The translations under genes were made by a program, and so were the position numbers. The notes below the pieces were generated by a model. That model was not told where the DNA came from. It made no database searches and worked only from the letters and a program-made list of their open reading frames with translations. 56,874 nt of DNA, from assembly GCA_903906305.1 (NCBI GenBank), contig CAIVJR010000003.1, positions 1 through 56,874 on the forward strand. Reading direction: 5' to 3'. The stretch's first letter is position 1. Every line of letters starts with the position of its first letter. This document shows, piece by piece, positions 8,389 to 17,761 of the stretch. The stretch is from an uncultured bacterium. Its GTDB lineage: Bacteria > Patescibacteriota > Dojkabacteria > SC72.

Positions 8389-9451
8389 CAGTAAAAAAGT
8401 ATTAATCGCCATGAGTGGTGGTGTAGACAGTTCTGTATCCGCAGCCTTACTTAAAGAGCAAGGCTATGAAGTGATTGGAGCTACTATGCAAATATGGCAA
8501 ACCGAAGGCATGGAAGAAAGAGACAACGGATGTTGTTCGCTTACTGCCGTAAATGATGCTCGAAGAGTAGCTAACAAATTAGATATTCCATATTACGTAT
8601 TAAATTTCAAAGATATATTTAAAGAAAAAGTAATTGATTACTTTGTAAGAGAATATACCGCCGGTAGAACTCCAAACCCATGCATCATCTGTAACAAAGA
8701 AGTAAAGTTTGAAGCACTCTTAGACAAAGCAATATCAATGGGGTTAGATTACATAGCTACTGGCCACTATGCACAAGTTGAGTTTAGGGATGGAAGATAT
8801 CTTCTAAAAAAATCATTTAGCAAAACCAAAGATCAAACCTATGCACTCTACAACCTAACTCAGAAACAACTATCTCAAACGCTTTTTCCAGTAGGAGAAT
8901 ACAACAAGGACAAGGTTAGAGAGATTGCAGAGAAGTATGAATTAGGTGTAGCAAGCAAACCCGATAGCCAAGAGATATGTTTTGTAGAAGATAACGACTA
9001 TGGAAAGTTCATTGCTGAGCATATAGATTCAGATATATTACCTGGAAATTTTGTAGATACCAAGGGGAATATATTGGGAGAGCATAAGGGGATATATTAC
9101 TATACCGTTGGTCAGAGAAAAGGTTTAGGCATTGCTAGTAACAAACCTTTGTATGTTGTAGATGTAGATATTGAAAAGAATGAAGTTATGCTTGGGGATG
9201 ATGAAGAAACTTTTGGAAATACATTAATTGCTAGAGAGTTGAATTGGATATCTATTGAGAAGTTAGAGAACGAAATGAAAGTATTTGCAAAGATAAGGTA
9301 TGGAGCTAAGGAAGCACCTGCTACTATAAAACCTCTAGCTGATGGAAGAGTAGAGGTTATATTTGATACTCCTCAGAGAGCAATTACTTCAGGTCAATCA
9401 GTAGTATTCTATGATGATGAATACGTTATTGGTGGCGGGATTATTGAGTAA
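8354..9451 (+). CDS. mnmA: tRNA-specific 2-thiouridylase MnmA
   Basis: PP-loop [16 protein letters not shown] catalytic Cys region, 365 aa. Alternative in-frame ATG at 8372. Overlaps the iscU stop. Confidence 0.9.
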   Translation: MITRKKMNPQNNSKKVLIAMSGGVDSSVSAALLKEQGYEVIGATMQIWQTEGMEERDNGCCSLTAVNDARRVANKLDIPYYVLNFKDIFKEKVIDYFVREYTAGRTPNPCIICNKEVKFEALLDKAISMGLDYIATGHYAQVEFRDGRYLLKKSFSKTKDQTYALYNLTQKQLSQTLFPVGEYNKDKVREIAEKYELGVASKPDSQEICFVEDNDYGKFIAEHIDSDILPGNFVDTKGNILGEHKGIYYYTVGQRKGLGIASNKPLYVVDVDIEKNEVMLGDDEETFGNTLIARELNWISIEKLENEMKVFAKIRYGAKEAPATIKPLADGRVEVIFDTPQRAITSGQSVVFYDDEYVIGGGIIE

Positions 9452-9965
9452 TTCTCGATATATATTCAGCATTATCACGCAGAATTCCATGCAAAAGCAA
9501 TATCTTATGAAGTAGTAATAGATAGGCAGATTCTATTGGGTTATCAACAACTCCTTTATACAAACAATCCGTCTGATCCCTTCCATCATGGTATTGTCTT
9601 GTTATACTAAAATCCTTAAGTTCAGAGAAATCGTTATTACAACCTTGTTTAATGTAGAAAGCTATTTTCTTTTTCGTTTCCGAATTCTCTATGTCCGAAT
9701 TTTCAATTTTTGAACCATATGCTATGAATCCAAGTACTCGTTTTTCCTCAACGTTTATGGCTCGTATTTGTATATTTGCAAGAGAATCATCTCCCGATAT
9801 AAGACCAAGAACTCTTGCGCAGGCATTCATAGAATCTATCTCCTCAGATTCCAAATCAAATTCTGAACAAATCAATTCCTTCCCTTTGGGAATATCTAGA
9901 CTTTCAAGTATTTGAATATCATATAGCTCAGGAGCATTCTGAAGAGTAGCATCTGTTTGTTGCAT
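9441..9965 (-). CDS. hypothetical acidic cytoplasmic protein
   Basis: 174-aa ORF with no recognisable domain. A TATACT box (rc 9971-9976) lies 5 nt upstream of the ATG. Confidence 0.45.
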   Translation of the reverse strand: MQQTDATLQNAPELYDIQILESLDIPKGKELICSEFDLESEEIDSMNACARVLGLISGDDSLANIQIRAINVEEKRVLGFIAYGSKIENSDIENSETKKKIAFYIKQGCNNDFSELKDFSITRQYHDGRDQTDCLYKGVVDNPIESAYLLLLHKILLLHGILRDNAEYISRITQ

Positions 9966-10104
9966 CGTATAGTATATAAGTCTAGTACAATTTATATATC
10001 AATATACCCCAACCCTATATACTTCATCAAGAGGATAATTAAAAATTCAACAATAAGTATATGGTAATATATAGATATAAGAAATAATTTGTCATTTTTT
10101 AAAC

Positions 10105-10347
10105 ATGGAAGATATGAAATTCACCTTAGAAGATGCAAGACAAATAGGAAATCAATTAAATATTGATTGGAATGTTGTAGATATTAATCAATTTTTTAAG
10201 GGAATAAATGTTGAACTTGAACATGGGAATAGGGATCCAGAAACCAATGTAACAAACAATGATCCAATTTTAACAGGTAAAATAGCTTTAGCACATCTAA
10301 AAGAATTACCTGACTATTACACAAGGTTAGAGACCATAGAAGAATAA
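10105..10347 (+). CDS. DUF5661-like small protein
   Basis: 80 aa. VELEHG..TNVTNNDP..KIALAHLKELPDYYTRL resembles the DUF5661 family common in phages and small genomes (recalled from memory, not searched). Confidence 0.5.
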   Translation: MEDMKFTLEDARQIGNQLNIDWNVVDINQFFKGINVELEHGNRDPETNVTNNDPILTGKIALAHLKELPDYYTRLETIEE

Positions 10348-10361
10348 TTACATATATAAAT

Positions 10362-10754
10362 TTGAATAGAAATATCATGAATAAAAAAGTCATATTAATT
10401 TCTGTCATAGCATTCTTGTTAATTGTGATCTCAGGAATATTTGTATACCTGTATATACACAACAAAAACCTACAAACAAGCAAACAACTAACCAAAGAGA
10501 ACTTCATACTCACATACGAATATGAAGGTGATAATACATGGAGCTATACCGTCACCGAAGCAGCTTCTACCTCATGTATACATATTAAAACTGATGCCTT
10601 AGTTATGGAAAGCTTTCCAGAACAAGTCAAAGTAAGAGTACAAAAACTAGACGAACCAACTTCCGAAGTATGCTCAATAGTTCAGGAAGAATATTCTTCT
10701 TCAGGGACATTTAGTGCCAGCAGCAAAGCTACAGTATCATTAATGGTAAAATAG
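10362..10754 (+). CDS. membrane-anchored hypothetical protein
   Basis: 130 aa with an N-terminal TM helix (VILISVIAFLLIVISGIFVYLYI) followed by a soluble domain. Confidence 0.45.
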   Translation: MNRNIMNKKVILISVIAFLLIVISGIFVYLYIHNKNLQTSKQLTKENFILTYEYEGDNTWSYTVTEAASTSCIHIKTDALVMESFPEQVKVRVQKLDEPTSEVCSIVQEEYSSSGTFSASSKATVSLMVK

Positions 10755-10757
10755 TCT

Positions 10758-12134
10758 ATGCTAACCAAATCAGATTTTCTAGTCTTCATGGATGCACCAA
10801 TGCATCTATGGGCATTGAAACACAACCAATACAACAAGTCTCTTTCAATGTATGATCAACACCTCATCAAGCAAGGATATGAGGTAGAAAAACTCGCAAG
10901 GGAATATGTTAAAAAATATATCTCCAATGATTGTGAATATCAAAAAATATATCAAACTGATGATCTCTACAGTAGAGCAGACATTGTAGTAGGAAATGAT
11001 ATATATGAGGTAAAGAGCGTAACAGAGATAGAGAAAGAGCAAGAATATGATGTCCTTTTCCAATATTATACTGCCTCAAATACCCTAGAAAAGAACATTA
11101 ACGATATATATATAATATATCTAAACAAAGACTATGTTAAAGAAGTGGAAATAGATTTGGAACAGCTCTTCGTAGTCAAGAAGATGACGGATTTTGCAAA
11201 AGAAAATTACAACAAAGTGCAAGGATTGATAGCAGAGGCATTACTAGTAACCAATAAAGAAGAAAATAATGGATTAATGGAATGTTACAAACCCAAGGAT
11301 TGCCCATGTAAAGAACTATGCTTTCCAACACTTCCAGAATATTCAATCTATGATGTAGGAATGATCGGGGAGAAGAAAGTAAGAATGCTCAGAGATATGG
11401 AGATATTGGATATGAGGAGTATTCCAGAAAATTTCAAGCTTAGCTCAAAACAACAGATTCAAGTAAAGGCTACAAAGGAGAACAGAGCAATCATTGATAC
11501 ATATGCAGTAAAAAGTGATATAGAAGGATTAATTTTTCCTTTGTATTTCTTAGATTACGAAACCTATTCCTGGGCTGTACCAAAATACAATGGCCACAAA
11601 CCATATCAAAATGTGGTTTTTCAATATTCACTACATGTAAAGAGAACACCGAATTCAGAATTAGAACATTATGAATATCTCTCTACTTCGCAGGATGACC
11701 CTATGAAGTCTGTTCCTACAGAATTGCAAAAGGTCATAGGGAAGACGGGGAGTATATTAACATGGAATAAGTCATTTGAAATGGGTAGAAACAAAGAGAT
11801 GGGAGAAATATATCCCGAATATGAGGATCTTTTCATAATGGTAAACAGTAGGGTAAAGGATCTCGGAGATATTTTCAGTAAGCAGATGTATGTAGACCCG
11901 AAGTTTAAGGGTAGTTGGAGTATTAAGAAGGTTCTTCCCGTTCTATGTCCTGATTTAACATATCACGATATGGAGGTATCAAATGGTACAGAGGCTATGG
12001 TTGTTTGGGAAGAGATTGTGTATGGGAATAAATCGGATGAAGAAAAGAATATTATGAAAGAGAACTTACTTAGGTATTGTGAACTAGATACCTATGCTAT
12101 GATTAGAATATGGGAAGCTATGAAGTTAATTTAA
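10758..12134 (+). CDS. DUF2779 protein (PD-(D/E)XK nuclease N-domain plus RNase-H-like exonuclease C-domain)
   Basis: 458 aa. D..EVK motif (RADIVVGNDIYEVKS). YFLDYET .. FQYSLH .. YCELDTYAM motifs are characteristic of DUF2779. Confidence 0.6.
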   Translation: MLTKSDFLVFMDAPMHLWALKHNQYNKSLSMYDQHLIKQGYEVEKLAREYVKKYISNDCEYQKIYQTDDLYSRADIVVGNDIYEVKSVTEIEKEQEYDVLFQYYTASNTLEKNINDIYIIYLNKDYVKEVEIDLEQLFVVKKMTDFAKENYNKVQGLIAEALLVTNKEENNGLMECYKPKDCPCKELCFPTLPEYSIYDVGMIGEKKVRMLRDMEILDMRSIPENFKLSSKQQIQVKATKENRAIIDTYAVKSDIEGLIFPLYFLDYETYSWAVPKYNGHKPYQNVVFQYSLHVKRTPNSELEHYEYLSTSQDDPMKSVPTELQKVIGKTGSILTWNKSFEMGRNKEMGEIYPEYEDLFIMVNSRVKDLGDIFSKQMYVDPKFKGSWSIKKVLPVLCPDLTYHDMEVSNGTEAMVVWEEIVYGNKSDEEKNIMKENLLRYCELDTYAMIRIWEAMKLI

Positions 12135-12145
12135 ATAGATAACCT

Positions 12146-13507
12146 ATGAAATTAATACAAGAATTTAAGAATGAATATAACAATATTACATATAGATTAT
12201 ATGAATTAGATTGTGGTATTAAGTTAATACATTTAGAAAATCCTGCTACTGTTAATTTTGATTTTGTTGCAGTACATAAAGCTGGTTCTTCATATGAAGA
12301 TCAAGAAAAAGTCCCACATGGTACAGCACATTTTCTTGAACATATGCTATTCAATCCCAATACAACATTTAAGAGCATTGATGAAATCTTGCAGTTTGAA
12401 GAAGGCAATCTTACCAGACCAGCATTATATCCAAACGGAGGTACAAGCCGAAAATTTCTTTATCTTCAATGCACCGCACAAGCAAAATCTACCTATCGTG
12501 TTTTAGAAAGAATAGAGAGCTTAATAGAATTTCCATCTAATATTCTTGATAAATATTTTCCAAAAGAAAAAAACGTTGTTTCTGCAGAAAGAAGTAATCA
12601 ACCTAAACTTGAGAATTATTCATCTATCCAACTATTACAATTCATTGAGGGAGATTTCCTACCTGAGTTTGCTTACGCTGTTGTTGGAGAACTAACAGAT
12701 ATAAAGAAAATAAGTCTAAAGAATCTTGAAGAATATTTCAGAAATAGATTTGTTCAAGAAAATGTTATCTTTTCAATTCAATCTGAAGAGAAACCTAGTA
12801 AGAAATTATTTGAAAAAATAGAAAATCTTGGACAAAAGTATCCGAAGGAAAAATCCTCAATCTTTCGAACAGTAAAGATGAAAAACCAGAAAGATCTCGG
12901 ATATTTCTTCGATGAACACACGACAGGTACTACAATAGAATTCTTGCATTTTGATGATTATGAAGGAGCTATTAATTACAAAAGAGAAGCAGAAACCAAT
13001 CTACTACATAAATTAATTCATAAACTTGGATTTGATATCTTAAGAGAGAAGAAAGGATTAATATATGATTTGAGTGCTTCCATTTCTATGAGTTATTCCG
13101 CAAGTAACGCAGTTGATGGTATCAACTTTGTTACTGAGAATAAAAAAATCAAAGAAATGCTTGAAGCAATCGATAAACTCATATATAAGGATTTGGAACA
13201 TTTTATCAAATCCGAAGATGGAACACGTTGGCTTGAACACGTACTAAGCAAGTTTATCTATCCTACAACAATTTCATACAATAGCGATTTAGCAAATAGC
13301 ATTGCCACTACATATTTCGAAACTGGAGAGCTGTATAACTATAATAAATATGTAGAAGAAGCAAAGAAAATAACAAAGGAGAGAATAATTGAACTTATCC
13401 ATGAATTTCAAAATATTCCTCCACATATCTGGGTAGAAAGTAACTTACCTAAAAAAGAAGTAGAGAAGGTTGTAAAAGAATCAACCCTTTGGAAAAGATT
13501 TAAATAG
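12146..13507 (+). CDS. M16 (pitrilysin/insulinase) family zinc peptidase
   Basis: 453 aa with the inverted zinc motif HFLEH (HxxEH) near the N-terminus. Confidence 0.7.
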   Translation: MKLIQEFKNEYNNITYRLYELDCGIKLIHLENPATVNFDFVAVHKAGSSYEDQEKVPHGTAHFLEHMLFNPNTTFKSIDEILQFEEGNLTRPALYPNGGTSRKFLYLQCTAQAKSTYRVLERIESLIEFPSNILDKYFPKEKNVVSAERSNQPKLENYSSIQLLQFIEGDFLPEFAYAVVGELTDIKKISLKNLEEYFRNRFVQENVIFSIQSEEKPSKKLFEKIENLGQKYPKEKSSIFRTVKMKNQKDLGYFFDEHTTGTTIEFLHFDDYEGAINYKREAETNLLHKLIHKLGFDILREKKGLIYDLSASISMSYSASNAVDGINFVTENKKIKEMLEAIDKLIYKDLEHFIKSEDGTRWLEHVLSKFIYPTTISYNSDLANSIATTYFETGELYNYNKYVEEAKKITKERIIELIHEFQNIPPHIWVESNLPKKEVEKVVKESTLWKRFK

Positions 13508-15002
13508 CACCAACCCTTTCAATATATTCATCCCTAAAATACCCAAAGTATTCCTCTGGCATTAATATCACCTTCTCAATACCCAATTCTCTAACAAAGT
13601 GAGGCTCATGACTTACCAATATAATAGTACCCTTGTATTCCTTAAGTGCTTGAAGCAATATATTCTGAGAATCAGGATCCAAATAAGTAGTAGGTTCATC
13701 TAACAACAACACATTATATCCACCTGCAAATAGTTTGGCTAAAGCTAATCTAGTCTTTTCACCACCAGATAGGGTAGACACCTTCTGATTAACCATATCG
13801 CCAGCAATTAGAAATCCGCCTAAGAATTTTCGTTTGTCCAACAATCCCCATTCCAATTTCTCAACATTCTCCCAAACAGTCATATTAAAATCTAAATCCT
13901 CATTCTCTTGAGAATAGTATCCAACCGTAGTATTAAAACCCCATTTGTATGTACCGCTATCCTGTTTTAATCTCCCTGCCAATATCTTAAGCAAAGTAGT
14001 CTTACCTGCCCCATTCTTACCAATAATGGCAAGACGATCATGTCTTTGAACATTGCATGAGACATCCTTTAACACTTCCTTACCTTTGATATATGCCTTT
14101 GAAATATTGTCCATCTCCAACACAAGCTTGTTACTTTGTGATGGGACAGGAATATTCAAATGCATCTTCTTACCCTTCATAACCTTAATCTGCAATTCTT
14201 TAACATTCTCCTTTAACTCCTTAGCTTGTTCAAATTTTCTTGCGGCACGTTTCTTTTCCTTAATACTCTTTCTACCAGATAGTCCTTGGGCTAATTCAAA
14301 TACTTTTTCAGCTTTCTTTTCCTCACTAACCAACTGTTTAACAAGGAATTCATCTCTTAATGCTTTAACCTTTAAAAATTGTTCATAGTTACCTCTGTAA
14401 ACCTCTACGTCATGTATCTTTTCATTTAAAAACCATATCTTAGTTATCCCTTTATTCATCAATCTCAAATCATGTGAGACCACTAGAACAGCCTTAGGGT
14501 ATGTAACTAAGTATCTCATTAACCACTCTGCAGAAGGAATATCTAAGAAGTTAGTAGGCTCATCAAGTATTAGAAGATCCGCTTTCTCCATCAATATCTT
14601 TATGATCTCTACCTTAATCTTCTGACCACCAGAAAGTTCTCCTAGTTTACTATCACAATCCTTGTCATCCATTTTTAGGTTATTCAAAAATTTCTTTATC
14701 TCCCATTCCTCAACATCAATACTTTTTTCGATTATTAGGTATTCACCAATGGTTAGATTAGGATGATTATTTATATCCATCTCTTTATGTGTCTCTTGTG
14801 CTAGGTATGACATAGTTCCTTTAAAGGATACTTCTCCTAGATCTGGTTCTTCTAATTTACCAATGACTTTTAATATGGTTGATTTGCCAGCGCCATTAAC
14901 TCCAACAAGTCCAACCTTCTCTTCCTCACCCATGGTTAGGGATATATTCTTTAATATTTGTTTGTTACCTCTACTTAAAGAGATGTTATTTATATTTAAC
15001 AT
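13500..15002 (-). CDS. ABC-F family ATPase (translation/ribosome-associated type)
   Basis: 500 aa. Two NBDs (GVNGAGKST/LSGGQ and GKNGAGKTT/LSGGE) joined by a K/E-rich linker, with no TM domain. Confidence 0.85.
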   Translation of the reverse strand: MLNINNISLSRGNKQILKNISLTMGEEEKVGLVGVNGAGKSTILKVIGKLEEPDLGEVSFKGTMSYLAQETHKEMDINNHPNLTIGEYLIIEKSIDVEEWEIKKFLNNLKMDDKDCDSKLGELSGGQKIKVEIIKILMEKADLLILDEPTNFLDIPSAEWLMRYLVTYPKAVLVVSHDLRLMNKGITKIWFLNEKIHDVEVYRGNYEQFLKVKALRDEFLVKQLVSEEKKAEKVFELAQGLSGRKSIKEKKRAARKFEQAKELKENVKELQIKVMKGKKMHLNIPVPSQSNKLVLEMDNISKAYIKGKEVLKDVSCNVQRHDRLAIIGKNGAGKTTLLKILAGRLKQDSGTYKWGFNTTVGYYSQENEDLDFNMTVWENVEKLEWGLLDKRKFLGGFLIAGDMVNQKVSTLSGGEKTRLALAKLFAGGYNVLLLDEPTTYLDPDSQNILLQALKEYKGTIILVSHEPHFVRELGIEKVILMPEEYFGYFRDEYIERVGAI

Positions 15003-15009
15003 GAGAGCT

Positions 15010-15018
15010 ATTATATCA
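15010..15018 (-). promoter_or_regulatory. extended -10 (TGATATAAT) 7 nt upstream of the ABC-F ATG
   Basis: The reverse complement reads TGATATAAT. ATG at 15002. Confidence 0.55.
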
Positions 15019-15039
15019 AGATTTCTTTAAAAATGGGGG

Positions 15040-15068
15040 TTGATGGATATATAGACCTGTAGTATAAT
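15040..15068 (+). promoter_or_regulatory. sigma70-like promoter TTGATG-17 nt-TATAAT
   Basis: -35 at 15040-15045 and -10 at 15063-15068, upstream of the SD-led ORF at 15106. Confidence 0.5.
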
Positions 15069-15105
15069 AGCCGGTTCGTCAAATCGCTCATTGAGGAGAA
15101 ATATT

Positions 15106-15504
15106 GTGGCATCATTGTTAGATTTAATAAGGGCTGTCAAAGTAAAAAAATCATCACTTATTTGTATGGATGATTTGAATAAAGATGTGCAAGAAATTGC
15201 AGATCTTTTACCTAAAGGAGAGGCTTTCGTGTATGGGAATCAAATTTTTATTCCATCCGAAGTGTCTCGCCAATTGGCAAGCCTCAATAAACTGTATGCC
15301 AGATGTCTAATTACAAAAATTAGAGAAATTCAACCTCTCAAAACAGAGGAAGAAGCAGATCTAATCAGTGAATTATTCTCATTGCTTCCGGTAGGAATAA
15401 GTTTGATTGTAATTAATAATCAAACATATCATTGCACCGGAAACAAAAAAGCTGGCGAAATCATTACAGAAGAAGAAATTATCTCAAAAATCATTGACGA
15501 TTAA
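15106..15504 (+). CDS. hypothetical protein
   Basis: The track ORF opens at TTG 15091. GTG 15106 lies 7 nt after GAGGAG (15093-15098). A TTGATG-17-TATAAT promoter is upstream. No domain recognised. Confidence 0.4.
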   Translation: MASLLDLIRAVKVKKSSLICMDDLNKDVQEIADLLPKGEAFVYGNQIFIPSEVSRQLASLNKLYARCLITKIREIQPLKTEEEADLISELFSLLPVGISLIVINNQTYHCTGNKKAGEIITEEEIISKIIDD

Positions 15505-15514
15505 TCTTCTTCAC

Positions 15515-15549
15515 CAGAGAGGTGTTTAATATAATAGGACACCTCTCTG
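15515..15549. terminator. bidirectional hairpin terminator between convergent genes
   Basis: Perfect 11-bp stem CAGAGAGGTGT / ACACCTCTCTG with a 13-nt loop, lying between the stop at 15504 (+) and the stop at 15562 (-). Confidence 0.6.
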
Positions 15550-15561
15550 TAATTTCCAATC

Positions 15562-15939
15562 CTACACCTGCCATAACCCATGAACATTGCAATATGCTCT
15601 AACTATCATATTGCTAGCATCTCCATCTATCATAAATACAGTCTCTGCAACTTCATTAGGTTTTAATTCCTTTTTGTAAATATTCTCACCAACAATACAC
15701 TCAATCCACTGAATAAAATGCTCCTCCAACATAGGATGAGGAACACTCCCAACCTTAACACTAACCTCATTACCATTTACAGTAACTACAGGAAGATGCT
15801 TCTCATTACCCTCCTCAGACTTCTTAACAGCTTCTAAAACCATAGGGTGACCACAACATACCAAAGTACCACCCCCAACATGCAATACCTCAACAACATT
15901 TCCACATACAGAACATCTATATACCTGTTTCTTTTCCAT
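15562..15939 (-). CDS. dfx: desulfoferrodoxin (2Fe superoxide reductase)
   Basis: 125 aa. N-terminal desulforedoxin centre CSVCGN..CCG, and C-terminal SOR centre with HPM.EEHFIQWIE and CNVHGLW. Confidence 0.85.
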   Translation of the reverse strand: MEKKQVYRCSVCGNVVEVLHVGGGTLVCCGHPMVLEAVKKSEEGNEKHLPVVTVNGNEVSVKVGSVPHPMLEEHFIQWIECIVGENIYKKELKPNEVAETVFMIDGDASNMIVRAYCNVHGLWQV

Positions 15940-16013
15940 ATGATATTGTAAATATATAAGTTATTGATAAAATGATAACATATATAAAGTGAAGTAAATT
16001 AAAAATAAACAAA

Positions 16014-17000
16014 ATGGAAGACAAAAACAAAAAAGATATCACAGGGGCAATATTCTTAGTATCCATAGGAATACTATTCCTACTAAACACGACCAACATA
16101 GTTCCATGGGGGATATGGCTTCAGATATTTAGATTCTGGCCAATACTTCTAATACTTGCAGGTCTGAAAATAATATTACCTGAGAACAAAGCCGGGCAGG
16201 TAATATATCCAATTGTATATACACTGTTCATAATCTTCATTGGAGCAACATCATACTTTTTTACAAAAACACAGAAAGTTCCTTTCTTACCTGAAAGCGT
16301 CTCAAACTGTATATTTAACAGATGTGAGAATGTAAATGAAAGTGAGCTGATGGAAAGTGATGCATATGTTAATCTTGCAGATTATGCAGATATAACTTCA
16401 AGAGTCTTAGACTTGAATGTTGCAGCTTCAACGCTGTATTTGAACGATGAAGTTGCAGACTACTTCCTTCACTCTGAAATGAAAAACTATACTGAGGCAT
16501 ACAAACCAACATTAGAGAACACATCAAAAGAGGGTGTTTTAACTACAGTATTTGATAACACAAGAATACATAACTGGGGATGGTGGAATTTTAGATCTCC
16601 AGAATATACTCTTACACTTGGACAAAATACCATACCAACAGATATCACAATTGATCTAGGTGCAGGAGAAGGAATCGTAGATTTAGATTCAGCTTCAGTT
16701 AAGACATTTAAAGCAAGTGTGGGTGCTGGAAGTCTAGACATTACATTAGGTGAGAGTGCAATTCCTGAGACAATAGATATAAATGTAGGCGCAGGAGAGA
16801 TAACTCTAACACTTCCTGAGAGCATAGGTATATTGGTAACATATGATTTAGGAGTAGGTTCCATAAATCTTGATGACACAAGTATTGATGGCGTTGGGAA
16901 AGAAACCAACTACAAATCTACTAACTATGATACTGCTACAAAGAAAGTAGTAATTACTGCATCTGTAGGAGTAGGTGAGTTAACAATAGATCGAAAATAA
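16014..17000 (+). CDS. LiaF-like membrane protein (DUF5668-type TM region plus beta-helical repeat domain)
   Basis: 328 aa. N-terminal TM block (FLVSIGILFLLN..FWPILLILAGL). C-terminal VGAG-x-LDITL/VGAGEITLTL repeats as in DUF2154/toastrack-type domains. Confidence 0.5.
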   Translation: MEDKNKKDITGAIFLVSIGILFLLNTTNIVPWGIWLQIFRFWPILLILAGLKIILPENKAGQVIYPIVYTLFIIFIGATSYFFTKTQKVPFLPESVSNCIFNRCENVNESELMESDAYVNLADYADITSRVLDLNVAASTLYLNDEVADYFLHSEMKNYTEAYKPTLENTSKEGVLTTVFDNTRIHNWGWWNFRSPEYTLTLGQNTIPTDITIDLGAGEGIVDLDSASVKTFKASVGAGSLDITLGESAIPETIDINVGAGEITLTLPESIGILVTYDLGVGSINLDDTSIDGVGKETNYKSTNYDTATKKVVITASVGVGELTIDRK

Positions 17001-17024
17001 TTTAATTAACATATATTTAAAATC

Positions 17025-17702
17025 ATGAACACAAATTCAAAATTAGTAATCGGAGGACTTTTAATAATCCTTGGCCTCATATTCTTCCTACAAACATCAG
17101 GTGTATTACCTTTGTTGAATCTAAACGCAGGAGATGTCATCGGCTACCTATGGCCAGCTGCATTGCTAGGTGTTGGTATTAAAATGTTACTAGACAAAAA
17201 TACTGCTTCTGCAATACTCTTCCTTTCAATTGGATCAATCTTCCTCTTCACTAAACTCTTTTCATGGAATTTCTTTGCAGTGTTATGGCCAGTTGCAATA
17301 ATTGCCATTGGACTTTCCATGATCTTCAAGAAAGAAAGTACACATATGAACTTAGACAAGAAATACGATGAAAGTGACAAAGTATCTGAAGCTCTCATAT
17401 TCTGGGGAGTAGATAAAAGAATGGATTCAAAAGCATTTAAGGGTGGAGATATCTCTGCAATATTTGGTGGTGGGAAGTTAGACCTTAGAGATGCAAAAGT
17501 ACATAAGGATGGAGCGAAGTTAACCATTAACGCAATATTTGGTGGAGTAGAGGTTCTTGTACCTAAAGATTGTAAGATTGTTACAAATGGAACAGGCATA
17601 ATGGGAGGATGGGAAAGTAAGATTGCTTCGAGGGAAATTAAATCTCCAGTTCTAGAAATCACTGGTACTGCAATCTTTGGTGGGGTTGAAGTAAAAGAAT
17701 AG
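17025..17702 (+). CDS. LiaF-like cell-envelope stress membrane protein (DUF2154 C-domain)
   Basis: 225 aa with 4 TM helices, then AIFGGGKLDLRDA .. AIFGGVEVLVP .. AIFGGVEV repeats typical of the LiaF C-terminal domain. Confidence 0.55.
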   Translation: MNTNSKLVIGGLLIILGLIFFLQTSGVLPLLNLNAGDVIGYLWPAALLGVGIKMLLDKNTASAILFLSIGSIFLFTKLFSWNFFAVLWPVAIIAIGLSMIFKKESTHMNLDKKYDESDKVSEALIFWGVDKRMDSKAFKGGDISAIFGGGKLDLRDAKVHKDGAKLTINAIFGGVEVLVPKDCKIVTNGTGIMGGWESKIASREIKSPVLEITGTAIFGGVEVKE

Positions 17703-17739
17703 AAATTTGATCACAATATAGTATCAAGTTTGCCATTTT

Positions 17740-17750
17740 TGTGGTAAAAT
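17740..17750 (+). promoter_or_regulatory. extended -10 (TGTGGTAAAAT) upstream of typA
   Basis: 11 nt before ATG 17762. Shares the 14-mer GTGGTAAAATCCTA with the mraZ promoter. Confidence 0.5.
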
Positions 17751-17761
17751 CCTACCTTGTC

